Assembly: GCA_965153355.1 (NCBI GenBank)
Contig: OZ231126.1
Coordinates: 35,092,001-35,156,000, forward strand
DNA length: 64,000 nt
Direction: 5' to 3'
From: Flaccisagitta enflata
Lineage: Eukaryota
In this document: positions 25,841 through 38,779 of the stretch, in pieces
Numbering within the stretch: the first letter of the stretch is position 1
Layout of the letters: every line of letters begins with the position of its first letter
Notes under the pieces: generated by a model
The model's input: the letters and a program-made list of their open reading frames with translations, nothing else
Database searches by the model: none
What the model was told of the DNA's origin: nothing
Translations under genes and position numbers: made by a program

Positions 25841-28800
25841 ATCTTAAATGAGCGTTTCACACATTTCAAATCAAGCGTGATGGACCAACGCAACGGACCA
25901 AAGGATGGACCAATGGACAGACAGACAGACCAAAACCTCTTTTACTTTCTCCTAGAATTTGTGCAAGAAACTTAAAACACCAATGGATTTAGTGAGCACC
26001 TTTGGAGTGATGAAGAATGCATAGATCCATAGAAGATAAGTCCATTCCCTTAAATTCCTTATCGTAGTTCTTGCATGTTCTCACATCCATATCCTTGAGA
26101 TTTACAGCCTTTGTTGAGTAGGAACCCATTGGATTTATATGGCCATCCATTGAAATCCTTATGAAATGAAAATTAGCAAGAGGCAGTTGTTACTTACATT
26201 TAAGTAATGTTTAACGATACCTAAGCTTTGAAAATTCATGAAGGTCCTGCAAGGTGAATGGTACAAACCCAACTGTCCCAACGGCAGTTGAGGTTCAGCA
26301 GTACCCTGCTTCCTACACGCAGCTGACAATAGAAACCTTTTTTAAGAGGCTTTCTCCGTCCGTCCAGCAATCCTTCAGTCCATCCATCCGTCTGTCCATT
26401 GGTCCATGCTCCATCTGTCCATCCGTCCATGAGCTTGGCTGCATGAGTCCGAAAAGTTTATGACCGTCCCCCTCCGTCTGTACTGACATTGTTTATGGTT
26501 GATTTGTTCAACAAATAATGAAATGATTCCTACAATTTTCTGAAAACTTTTGTTGCTCAACCGCCTTCAGGTGATCAACGCTTTGGGTGCCAACACAGCA
26601 TAAATCATGGTGGCAATAAACAACACAATCAGTTATCATCATTATAAACACAGAAGAAAACAAGCCCAACAGGGCAACAGTCGCTTGCTCTGTTTTACAC
26701 ATAAACACAACTACATAATCCTTTCTTTCTTCCTTCCCTCCTTCCTCCCTTTATGGGCAGCCGCTCTAAAGGGCCGATGTCCTGTAGGACACAGGGGTGA
26801 ATTTCCATACGTATGTCTATCCATCCATCTGTCCGTCCGTCCCCCCTGGCTTCTCAAGCCTGAAATTCTGATTGAACAACATGGGAAATTGATAAAATGC
26901 TAACTTCCCATTGAATAACATGGGAATTTAAAAGAGTGTAGAAAAATGAATATTGCCCATTGAAAAATATGGAGAATTGATGAAAAATGAGAAAAATGTG
27001 AAATTCTCATTGGATAATATGGCAAAATGACAAGGAATTGAGAAAAGGCACAACTCCCATTGAATATTATGGAGGCACAGTGGGACCTAATTGGATATGG
27101 GTTCAAAAAAGTAATGACTTGTTCAAGTAAGTCCATTTTCTAGGGAAAAATTAATATTGATTCTCAAAAAAAAATTTTCATTGGAGATTTTTGCAAAAAT
27201 CACTAAAATGTGGCCATTTTCTTTTATATTTTTACATAGATCTCAATGATCTATCAATTTTGAAATTCTGATTTAAGATTCATATTCCTGGTAAAATTTT
27301 CAATCATTTGATAGGTCACACTGTAGATAGTGTCAAAAAATTAGATGGACTAAGCTGCAAAATTTTTTATACTAAATCATTGTTAAAAATTTTGAATTTT
27401 TCATTTTTTTCAAAAACCGCCCCAAGGATGATCTAAATTTGGCTAGAAAACATTTCCTTACAATAATTAGAGCATAAAAAACATGGTGGGGGAATGGTCA
27501 TTCAACTTGACCTTTTTTCCACTCTGTGGGCACTAGTGGGCACGAGTGTCGCTGACCATATACTGCCTTTTGGCTTCTATTCTTTTCAGATGCGTCCTCG
27601 CATCTCCATTAGAGGGTGTGTCCCTTGGAGGAACAGTGAGGCGAAAATTTCTTAATGCAATATATCAGGGTGCAATCACTCGATCGAGATACGACACTTC
27701 CCCATAAGACATGCTGCACAATTGTATCGAATTTTCTATTCATGCACTATTGAATTAATTTTTTTTAGTTCATAATGAATAAGTCACAGTGCAAACGAGT
27801 ACGCAATTTGACGAGTCAAAACGATTTAGATGATATCTTTTATCTTATCTATTCAAAGAATTTTTATGTAGATAAAGGATTTGTGGTTGGTAATCATCAA
27901 TTTGTGGTTGGTAATCATCAATTTTTTGCATAGAAAAACGTTTTTCTGTACCATATGCTTAGGAAATGTGAGGAAAAAGCATGCGAAATTGATGGATTTT
28001 TAAACAAAAATAGATTCTTGTGCATTGACATGTCTAGCGTAAAAAACCAAATCTGTCTCTGAATTCAAAATTTTGCATTTTGAAAAACATAGCATCAGTC
28101 TAAACACTTTTAAGAAACAGGCCATGTGTTTAGAAATGCAAAATTTTGCATTCAGAGACGGATTCGGTTTTTTACGTGGCAACATCTTAAGTTTTCCGTG
28201 CAATTTTTTTCCAAGAATTCTGTTGTTTCACTGAGTATCCTGCGACTTTACCAATGCGGATCAATACCATTGGTCAGTTAACTGGTTTTTAGTTAATTTA
28301 GGGAGTATAAAGCATGCATAACACTTTAGTTTTTGCCACATTTCCCCTGCATAGCAGCATATTCTATCACAGTACAGAACAATTTGTCAAATTTGGCGCT
28401 GTACTGCACCACGACATAATCTCTCAAATGCAACAAATGGTTATTGTCAGCAAGTAAGGGGTATGAACAGCAAACACAAATTTATTGTCAGTGGAATGAT
28501 CGTAATCATCTACTGAAACATAATTCAGAGCAAAAATTGGGCAGACATGTGTAACATAAAATGTGATAAGTTTATCTTGCAAACAACAAATCTGTGGAAT
28601 GGGTCAAAAATTGGCATTTTTTAAATCATGCGACTTTAGATAAACTAACTTACAAGAGTTGCACGTTCTTTGTTTTTGTAATCTTTGATTCCCTATGCAA
28701 ATTTGTTTTTTTTTCAGTTTACACAAGTCAGGTTACAAAATAGAAAAATTCTGATCTCAATATCTCTTATTTTCAAAAGAATATGGATAAAGACTGGCAG

Positions 28801-29672
28801 ATTTCACCGATGGCTAAATCAAGGGATATATTTCTGTTTTCTTATCAGTTTTCAATGGATGACTCTAAATTGATATTTATGAATTAATGTCTAGCAACAG
28901 CTAAAATATTCAAAATTATGAAAAAATTAAAACAAAATGAAAGTTGTAGGGGCAATTGAGCTTGCCAATATGCAAAATATGTCTTAACCTAAGGTGTTGA
29001 ATGGCCTTATCAAAAATTTAAGAAAAAAGTCAGCAATCAAGTAGAATTTCTAACTTATGCATGAATAAGAAATTCCGCCCTAAATTATTTCATGTCATAA
29101 GAAAATGAAAACCATGTTACTCTGGAATATGTGGAATAAGTGGAAGACTGATTTTGACTTCTTTCCCGACAATTCTTCTTATTCTTATTTCATTTTTATA
29201 CAAATATCTTTATTCCCTATATGTATCTTTTTATTTCCTTTACATGGAAGAATAAAATTGCACTCACACAAGGTTCTCTCCTATGTCATCTGCACTCATT
29301 TGTAATCTTCTTTCATCTTGCAAGGAATCGGATGTCACATGTAACAATATGTGAGCCGTAGCCACAATCGCGATGGGAAGGAGAGTGGTGATGACCAAAA
29401 TGTGCCAATCTCGGAAACTAAGTTAGAATGATTTAGAATGATGAGTTAAAATGCTTTATTCTTAAATGTGAAACTGTAAACCATCATTCAGATCGAGAGA
29501 AAGACTAGGTCAGAATGATGCACCGAAAGTATTTCTGGAAAAATATATCCAAGAGACAAGATTTTTTAACATGCTGCTGTATTTTCATTGATTGATGTTT
29601 ATCAAACCCACTCGACCAACCACATTCAACCACATTCAACCAACTATATTCAAACAACCTCACTTGACCAAC

Positions 29673-31435
29673 CATAGTGGGCCTTACCTGGATATGGGTT
29701 CAAAAAAATCCTCAGCAGTAATTTTATAAATAGGTACATTTTATAGTAAAGATTTAATATTGACCCTTCAAAAAAATTTTCGCTTGGAAATTCTTCCAAA
29801 AATCATTAAAATGTGTCCGTTTTCTTATATATTTATATAAAGATCTCAATGATCTATCAATCACAATTTTGAAATTCTGATTCATGATTCATATTCCTGG
29901 TAAACTTTTCCATCATTTGATAGGCCACACTGTATACTTTCATGGAAAAATAGAATTTTCATATGTTAGGCCACCGTTGACTTTTGTATAAGTGGCATAG
30001 AATATGAAAATTGTCTTTTCACATAAAAGTAAATAGTGAGACCTATCAAATAATTGGAACTTTTATCAGGAAATTGAATCTTAAATCAAAATTTCAAAAT
30101 TGATAGATCATTGAGATCTATACATACAAATATAAGACATCATGAACCATATCTTGACACTCTTGTTCCATCACTTTTTTGCACCATTTTTGTCAATAGA
30201 ATTATCCATTTATGACCAAAAATCTGTTTTGACATGTGCCATGTGAGCCCTCCATACTATTTTAAAGAATCAGTCTTCAAATTGCATGCTTTGTACAATA
30301 AAATGGTCTTAAAATTGCAAAATTTTCAAGCAAAATCTCAGAAAAGATTAAGAATTGTTTTAAAGAGGTATCTTCACTGCATTATTACCAACACAGTTTG
30401 TATGATATGGTCAAATTTTTTTTGAGGGGCTGTTCATATCTATGTGACACTAATATAAAACTTTTATGCCACATCATTTTTGGCATTTTGGATGTCTTTT
30501 TCAGGTTCCTTTTTTAAAATGTCAGCTGACAATTGAATTTCAAAAAAAGGATATTTGATTTTGAAAAATTCATTTGGGGTACTTCCGCAAGGAACAAAGT
30601 CATGGAATTTCAATGGTAATCAAAGTAAGCACTGAACCTTAAGAATTCCAAATTTCATAACAATTGGCTTATTTAAAGTATCAATTTTGTGAGTTTTTCT
30701 ATTCCAAATTTTGAAATTTGAAATTTAGGAAAAAAACATTTCTCATCCTCTAAATATCAAATCTTGATCATAGATGAATATTTTGCATTTTTAAAAACAT
30801 CAGACCCAAGATAATAGAATTTACTAGTGTCTGAAATTTTGGTTTTTCCAATTTTTCAATTTTCTATGCAAATTTGTAATTTAGGGTGCACCCATGTCAG
30901 ATTTAACAGAAATGTGAAAAAAAAGGATATTTTTTGCTTAGAATTTTTAATGGGGCACTTCCTGTTAAAGAAAACTCATGAAACTTTCATGGTAGTTAAA
31001 TGAAGCACCAAACCACCTGCATGTCAATCTTTACCTTTTTTTTCACATTTCTGTTAAATCTGACATGGGTGCACCCTAAATTACACCTGCATGATCAGAA
31101 AATTTTTAGTGTCTTAGTCAATTGAAAAATCAACTTTTCTTTTTTGGAGATTTTGCATGAATTTTTTCTGTTAACTGCCCAAAGTGACGTGCACTTTCCG
31201 GTGAATTGTTTGTTTTTGGTAAAAAAATGATTATTTTTTTGCTCCTGAAGCGTCACAATAATTTTCAATATATCATGAGAAAATAGACAGATTTTAGTGA
31301 TTTTTGCAAAAATCTCCAAGGACAATTTTTTTTTCAAGGATCAATATCAATTCTTCACTAGAAAATGTACTTTTTTGTACAAGTCACTACAGCTGAGGAT
31401 TTTTTTGAACCCATATCCAATTAAGGCCAACTGTG
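29673..31435. mobile_element. CAC/CAT-ended palindromic element with an internal insertion (about 30140-31255); relatives at 58120-59234 and about 27076-27340
   Basis: Ends ca(t)agtgggcctta.ctggatatgggttcaaaaaaatcctcagc / gctgaggatttttttgaacccatatccaattaaggccaactgtg; inner arms pair around about 29985. Confidence 0.75.
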
Positions 31436-31913
31436 CGACCACACTTGACTGAGAACACTTGCCTGACTCAACTTAACTGACCACACCCAACCAACCACTC
31501 TCCACCGGCCACTCTCGACCAAAAAAATGTGAGGTTAAACCCCCATTCAAACCCAAACCAACCCTGAGCAACCCCGGGGTTACTTGGGGTTGCTCTGGTT
31601 TGGCTTGGGGTTGGCTCAGAATTATCTCTAGTAAATAGTTGAAGGATTTCTGTCAACCCCGAGCAAACCCTGAGAAAACCCTGAACAACCCCGAGCAACC
31701 CCAAGCAAACCCCTAGCCTGGGTTGCTCAGGGTTCAATCCCGAGTAACCTGGGGTTTAATCTCACCCCAAATTACGGGGTGCAACCACACTTCACTAATC
31801 ACACTTGACCAAATCCACACTCAAATGATCACACTCAACCGATCACAAATGAATCTCCATACCATGTATCAACCAAATTGGCTGAAAAATACCTAAGTTA
31901 TGAATCGCATATT

Positions 31914-32086
31914 TAGTTGAATCCCGCTCTAACGGATTTCAGAGGATAAACAAAATTATTAGTTATAAGCGGAATTTTTTTATAGCTTAGGAAATAGGAA
32001 GAGGACACGTTGAAGAGACCAAAAATTTGTACCTGTTGTAGGCGGAATTCCATCAAAAGTGGGTCGGTTGGAGCGGGGTTCAACTC
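31914..32086. mobile_element. Degraded Tigger/pogo-like MITE
   Basis: Inverted ends agttgaatcccgctctaac / gttggagcggggttcaact. Confidence 0.5.
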
Positions 32087-34592
32087 TATATACTGAGTCC
32101 TTCCATTTAGAGTCTCCTTACAAAATCTAAACCAAATTGGTAAAAAATGCCGGAGTTATGTCCATTTTACACTTTTAGGCTGCTAAGCCGCTTAGGTGGT
32201 AGGCCGAATGGGCCTGTTAGCATGCTGAAATCTTCACAAATTACACACAAATGTTGTCTTTTAATTTTGGGCAGCGTCCCAAAGGAAACAAAGTCCTGTA
32301 GAACACAGGGGGACTTTTTTTGTTCATTTGTTCATTTGTTTGTTTGTTCGTTTGTTTGTCCCTCCTCCAAAGCAGCTAAGACCTCAAATCAGGCCTCTCA
32401 TCTCTTAAAAAGACCTCTCAGGCCTAAAATAAGGACTCCAGGGCCATAAAGCAGCCCTCCCAGGCTTCAAACACACCTCTCAGGCCTCAAATCAGCCCTC
32501 TCAGGCCTCAAATTAGGCCTTTCAGACCTCTTACACCTCAACTAAATGTTCACAGGCCTCAAAACAGACCTCACAGGCTTCAAATCAGCCCTACCAGACC
32601 TCAAATCAGGCTTTGAGTCTCAAATGAGCCCTCCCAGGCTTCAAATCAACACTCTAAGACCTCTGATAACCTTCTCAGGCCTCTAATCATTCTCTTTTGG
32701 CTTCAACTTGCCCTCTCAGCCTTCAGTTCATGGATGGATGGACGGGCGAACTTCCCCTATGTTCTACAGGACTTTGTTCCCTTAGGGGCAGCTGTGCTAC
32801 TTCTTCTGCTCAATCCCAGTCTCATGGCCTAAATTCCTGTCTTGAGGCCCAAATCCCATTCTCAAAGGCCAAATTCCAGCATTGAGACCCAAATCCCTGC
32901 CTTGAGGTCCAAATCCCTGTCAAGAAGGAGAAGAAGAAAATTCTTCATATGTGTGAAAGCATAGGTCAGCGACCCCTTTGGGGCCGCTGCCCTGCATCCC
33001 CTACAACTTCAAGCACAACCTATGTAGGCAGGGCACAGGTACCGCTGACCATCTGACGCTTTTGCAATTATTTTAAGGCTGATACAACACTCAGGGCCAT
33101 ATTTTTTTGCACTCTTTACACTTCACTGAGGCTATATCCTAGAATATTTTTAAAAATTTCATTATTTTCCATTAATTTTTGGATGCAGTGAAAGATGTTT
33201 TTTAAGGCCTTTTTGGGCAGCAGCCCCAAAGGACACAGGGGGGAATTTCAAGACTTCCGTCCATCCATCCATACATCCCCCCTTGTCAATCTGGGCCTCA
33301 AGTCTGCACTCTCAGGCCTGATTTTGGCCCTCTGAGCCCTCAAATTAGCCCTTTCAGACCTCACTTTAGCCCTTGAGAGCTCAAATCAGCTCTCCAGACC
33401 TCATATCCGCCCTCAAGACCTTAAATCAGCCCTCCAGACCTCAAATCCGCCCTCCAGGCCTAAAACCAGCTCTTCAGGCCTCAGTGTGTCCTCCAGGCCT
33501 CATGCCTGGCCCCAAACCTCAAATCTACTCTTTTGGAATAAATTCTGCTATCTGGACATCAAATCTGCCTTCATTGACCTCTATCAAATTTCTCAGACCT
33601 GATTTACCTCAGGACGTCTCAAAATTCACCCCTGTGTCCAACAGGACATTGGCCATTTGATCACTCAATGCCGGGCATTGGGTACTGCTGACCATGTGCA
33701 ATACTTGGATGACTAGTTTGTCGTTTTGAGCTCCTTGCACGCCCCCAATTGCATCCACTGGTTGTTTTTTGGCCAAACCCATGTCTAGAGTTTACCTTTC
33801 TGCTTCTGCTTCTGGTACCTAATTGCAGATCTAGCTACTGAAACTCAAAAACGTTTTTAGCATCAAAATGAGTTTTGAGAAAGAGCTTTTTTTTGAAAAT
33901 AATAAAAGAATATATTTTAGTAAAATTTGTATTTGGAATTAAATAAAATTATAAATCTTCATAACAGGGTGTATGAAAAACAAGGCCGGATACACGGCTA
34001 CCAAAGTCGCGTGCGGGTGGGCAGGGGCCATTTTTGAGGTCACCAGACCATTTGGGCAAGAGCAGTGAGGTCAAAGAAATAAAATCATAAAAAAAAGTAA
34101 AGTGTGACGGACCAACCAACAGACCGACAGACCAACCAACGGACAAAGCGGGTTGTAGAGTCGCGTGCACGCGACTAAAAAGAAAATAAGTGAAAGATAA
34201 GAAAAGGGAGAACAATAGTCATGGAGGGTATAAACAAAATTTTTAAGTGAAACTGACTGGCTAAGGCAGAAAGAGAGAGAGAAAAAAGAAAGAGAAAAAA
34301 AAATAAAGAGAAAGAAAAAAACAAAGAGAAAACGAAACAATGAGAAAAAAAAACAAAGAGAGAGAAAGAAACAAAAAAATAATAAAAGAAAAAAAAATTA
34401 ATGATAGAGAAAGACATGCTAAAAATCACTAACAAAGAATAAAAATCCTTTATGAATGTGGTGCTTATTCAAAGTTTGATCTTTAATTATTGAAAAATAT
34501 CCAGTTTCAATCTCTAAATCCATAACTCATAGAAATATAGGTTATGCATGTTTTTGAGCAGCAGCCCCAAAGGTGTCTGCTTTCACTCATAT

Positions 34593-34824
34593 CACCTTGA
34601 TCTGGGGGCTGAGAAAAACCCGAGATGAATCTCAACAGCTTAAATTACATGAAAAGCATACTTCTAGTTGCCCCAGTGGGATGAAATTTTACATGAAGAA
34701 AGCCGATGGTTTTGCAGAGCTTCAGTTAAAATTTCATCTCACTGGGTTAACTAGAAGTATGCTTTTAAATTAAGCTATTGAAACACGCTAGATTCATCTC
34801 GGGTTTCTCCCCCAGATCAAGGTG
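34593..34824. mobile_element. 232-bp MITE with CAC termini and 5-bp TSD (Transib-like signature)
   Basis: TIR caccttgatctggggg plus inner IR aaacccgagatgaatct; exact TSD CATAT on both sides. Confidence 0.8.
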
Positions 34825-34852
34825 CATATGGCTTCCTTCTTGCTCTTGTTCT

Positions 34853-35396
34853 TTTTGGGCTGTGGCCCGGAAGGGATGAAGTCCTGTAGAACACAGGGGA
34901 CTTTTGTTTGTCTGTCCGTTTGTCCATTTGTTAGTCCCCCCCAGGCCCTCTCAGACCAAAAATCTGCCCTCTCAGGCCTGAAATCTAACCTCTCAGGTCT
35001 GAAATCTGCCCTTTCAGGCCTGAAATCTGCCCTCTCAGGCCTGAAATCTGCCCTCTCAGGTCTGAAATCTACCCTTTCAGGCTATGAATCTGCCCTTTGA
35101 AGTATGAAATCTGCCCTCTCTGGACTGAAACCTGTCCTCTCAGATTTCAGGCCTGAGGGGGCAGATTTCAGACCTTAGAGGTTAGATTTCAGGCGTGAGA
35201 GGGCAGATTTCAGGCCTAAGAGGGCCTGGGAAGAGATTGACGGATGGACAGACGGATGAACGAAAGTCCCCTATGTTCTACAGGACTTTGTCCCCTTCGG
35301 GGCCGCTACCCTGCTTCCTCTCATTTCAATTTACAACCATGCAAAGCAGGGCAACAGGTATCGCTGACCACATATTGCCATTGGGCGACCTGTTTG
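34853..35396 (+). mobile_element. HINE-like family B element with internal 21-bp tandem array; relatives at about 26750-27585, 32265-33075, 33210-33720, 36251-37130, 47849-48476(-), 50040-50295
   Basis: 5' ttttgggcagcggcccc..aagtcctgtagaacacagggg, GTCY tract, (ctctcaggcctgaaatctgcc)n, inverted copy tgttctacaggact..ggggccgct, 3' gcagggcaac.ggtatcgctgacca.at.ttgcc.ttgggcgac.tgtt. Confidence 0.7.
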
Positions 35397-36468
35397 TCTT
35401 CTTCTTTGTATCTCCCCCCCACCTCAAAGTCCATATCCCAACGTCAAGGCCAGAAATTCCAGTCTTGAGGCCCAAATCCCAACCTGGTGGCCCAAATCCC
35501 AGCCTTGATCCCAAATCGCCGCATTGAGGCCCAAATCACAGCGTTGAGGCCCAAATCACAGCAAAGCCAAAAGGCCTAAATCCCGGCCTCAAGGTCTAAA
35601 TCCCGGCCTCAAGGCCTAAATCCCAACCTCAAGGCTCAAACATCAGTCCCATGGTCTAAATATAAAAAAAGCCCAAATTTCAATCCCTGGAAGGAGAAGG
35701 AGAAAATTCCCTACTTGTGTTGTTGTTGTTGTTGTTATTTGCCGGGGAGTCTTACCCAGAAGGAAGGTGTACAGATTTGGCTTCTCTCGAGAAGCTATAC
35801 GGCCACGACATTGGGCTCATGAACTTTTGCCTGTTTGTATTTAGACTCAAGTTCAGGTGTGTCAGGGTGTCATTGTGTTGTTTTGTATTGTCATACAGTC
35901 TACCCTCCCCTCTGAGCTAGCTATTATTCTGGATGGAACATCCAGCGACCCCCTCAAACCCCACCTTGATGGCAGGTCTTCAAACCTCCGCTTGAAGGAC
36001 TTGCCAAGAGCGATGCTTGAACCAGCTATCCAGTGGGTGACAAGCGGGCTCCCTACCACTGTGCTATTCTCCCCCCCCACTTGTGTGAAAGCATGTGTCA
36101 TCATCCTCTTGGGGCCACTGCCCTGCTCCCTCCCTCAATTTCAAACACAACCTACTAAGGGAGGGCATGGGTATCGCTGGCCATCCAACGCCATAGGCTG
36201 ATCTCCATATGTAAACCAAATTGGTTGAAAAATGCCTAAGTTACGCGCATTTTTGGGCAGCGGCCCCAAAGGGGACAAAGTCCTGGAGAACAGAGGGAGA
36301 ATCTGTCCATTCATCCGTCAGTCTGTAAGTCCATCCTTTCCCCCCCTATCCTCATTGCTTTGTCTCCTTTGGGGCCTATTCTGACTCAAATTCTGCCAAA
36401 TAGCCCAAATCCAAGCAATATGGCCCAAATCTATGCAAAATGGCCAAGCATCATGATCCAAATCCTCT

Positions 36469-36560
36469 GAGGGCTTTTCACTCGAGACCCTTAAGTGACC
36501 CTTGAGTGACCCTTAAGTGACCCTTAAGTGACCCTTAAGGGTCTTGTGTGAAAAGCCCTC
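36469..36560. mobile_element. 92-bp mini-MITE with internal 11-bp repeats
   Basis: TIR gagggcttttcac / gtgaaaagccctc enclosing (gacccttaagt)x5; TSD unclear. Confidence 0.65.
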
Positions 36561-36674
36561 TATATTGGCCACTCAGACCTATATTCTGGCCTTTGATACC
36601 TAGATTCTGACCAGATTTCGGCCATTTTGCTCAGATTTGGGCCATTATGCTAGGATTTGGGCCATTTTGCTTAG

Positions 36675-37013
36675 TGGGGGGGTCGGTATCAACCAACTTT
36701 TGAAATGCCAATCGGACATATCAACAGACCATACGCAATCACAAATCAACCTAATAACTAAAAGGAAAAGTTCATGAGACTTTATCATTTACAGTTGTGC
36801 CAACCCTACCTTTCCCATAGTAAAAATATAGGAGCTTCCTCTTCCTCTTCCTTCTCCCTATTCATGATAATGTAAATAAGGGGTGTGGCACGACTGTAAA
36901 TGATATGGTGTTACCCCTTTTTCCTTTCATGTGTTTATATATTGTTTTTTAATGCACACTTTGGCCGTGTGTCTGACTGGCATTTCCAAAGTTCGTTGTT
37001 ACCGACCCCCCCA
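36675..37013. mobile_element. 339-bp MITE with G-run termini and 8-bp TSD
   Basis: TIR tgggggggtcggta.caac.aacttt..aaatgcca (about 45 bp, imperfect); exact TSD TTGCTTAG. Confidence 0.85.
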
Positions 37014-37166
37014 TTGCTTAGATTTGGACCATGTTAGTTGTTACTTGGATTTGCACTTCTTGGCAGTATTTGGGTCAGAATAGGACCCAAATGAGGGATG
37101 AGCCCTGAGGATGGGGGACAAATGGACAAATGGAAGCAATGGCCAACTTAACGAACTAGCTAGTTA

Positions 37167-37977
37167 CCAGTAATGGCGGCTGTCGCCGTGAGGAAAAAAG
37201 TCGTAAGCATTGGTCACTTTTCACCAACTTCAATCACTGAAATTTTGTTAGATCAAATCAAAAGCAATTATATGTATTGACTGCACTGAAAAATAGGACT
37301 GAGCCAAATGAGCTAAATGAGCTAGATGAGCTAAAATAATCAAAATGATTCAACCAGACAACCAGCTTTGCTCACTGACATGCTTTCTTGTATTTGCATG
37401 CTAAAATCAAAATATTGATTTATATATCCTGTTTAAAATCAGAGAAAAAGCGCAAGCTAAATGAGCTAAATGAGCTAGAATACTTGAAAACGCCCTCACA
37501 GATGAGCAGCTCTGCTCACATGTTTTTATATTTGCTTGCTTAAAGTTAAACAAGTTTGAAAATATTCATTCAGTTATCATATTAGAAATCAGAAAGAACA
37601 GACTTCATTTAAATATTGAAATGCCTGTGTCATCTTCAGGATACAGCTGTGTTTCACATATATTTTTTTGTATTTGTAAAGTTCAAGTAAACATAAAGTC
37701 AACTTTATTGATCAAACACAAAATTGTAAAAAATAAAAAAAAATTCCATTCGAATTTTTAGTAAATAAATCTTCAAAAAATCATAGCGCCAAAAGTATTT
37801 GTCGTAGAACATTCTGTTTGGCGCCAAATGAAAGAGGTCTATCAAATTTATTTACCCTATCAATTTTGTCTGGAGGCTCCACCGCCCTGAGATTCCCAAC
37901 TTCCTAATAAGAAAATGAAAACCCTGTTTCTTCCAAATAGTCAAAAAGTCAAGACTGACTTCGACTTTTTTCCCCGA
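37167..37977 (-). mobile_element. Non-autonomous Helitron (copy 1)
   Basis: On the minus strand 5' TCGGGGAAAAAG... and 3' hairpin cggc-gaca-gccg then attaCTGG|T; homologous to 59448-60890 and 62502-62960. Confidence 0.75.
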
Positions 37978-38181
37978 CAAGAATGTTGGCGTCTTGATGA
38001 TGTTTTCATAGTCACAGTCTAACGAACACGCCTGCAACGAAATTTTGCTTGTAAAGAAATGAATATAGAGTCCCTTCAAAGGATTTGTATTGGCTATAAA
38101 GAAAACTGCCTGTAACAAAGTATTTTGTTAGTCCTTTGGAGATCGATAGAATGATTTTCAACTGTATTAGTTAATTGCATA

Positions 38182-38777
38182 ACAGGGTGTGCAAAATTAT
38201 CCGCACTTGGCATTTACTTTTCTTAAAAATCCTGTAGAAAAAATAATTTTTGAAAGCATGAGGGGTAGATATGAAAAAATATCCTTTTTAGCATTCAAAA
38301 CCAAAATTCACAAAGAGTAAAATAGTCAGAAATAAAACTTTTCAGGTAAATTTGACTCAGATAAAACACTCCTTAAAAAGATTCATTAAAAAAAAACTGA
38401 AATTCTGTTGTTAGTTTTTCTTGCCCTTTAGGCCAAGATTATTTGCTTTTGTGAGCTCCATTGATGTTGATTTAACTAACCTCCCTCAGCCTTGTGTGTG
38501 TCAAGCTATGAAAGTCACTATGTAGTAGTTACAAATATAAGAATCTATGATTTTGTAACCTATTTTACTTATAAAATAAAATCCTGTCAAAATCAAAATC
38601 TTTGCTTCAAATCATTTAACTCCCATAGTGACAAGGGCTTTAGAAAAGACCTACGGTCCATTCTAGCTTCTAGTATATCTAGCTGGGGTAATTTAGCTCA
38701 AATTTCATCGTGCTGGGTCATTTTTAAGTATGGTTTTCTTTTTATGGAGCAAGTGCGGATAATTTTGCACACCCTGT
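38182..38777. mobile_element. mariner-like MITE (596 bp)
   Basis: Perfect 28-bp TIR acagggtgtgcaaaattatccgcacttg with TA on both sides. Confidence 0.9.
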
Positions 38778-38779
38778 TA

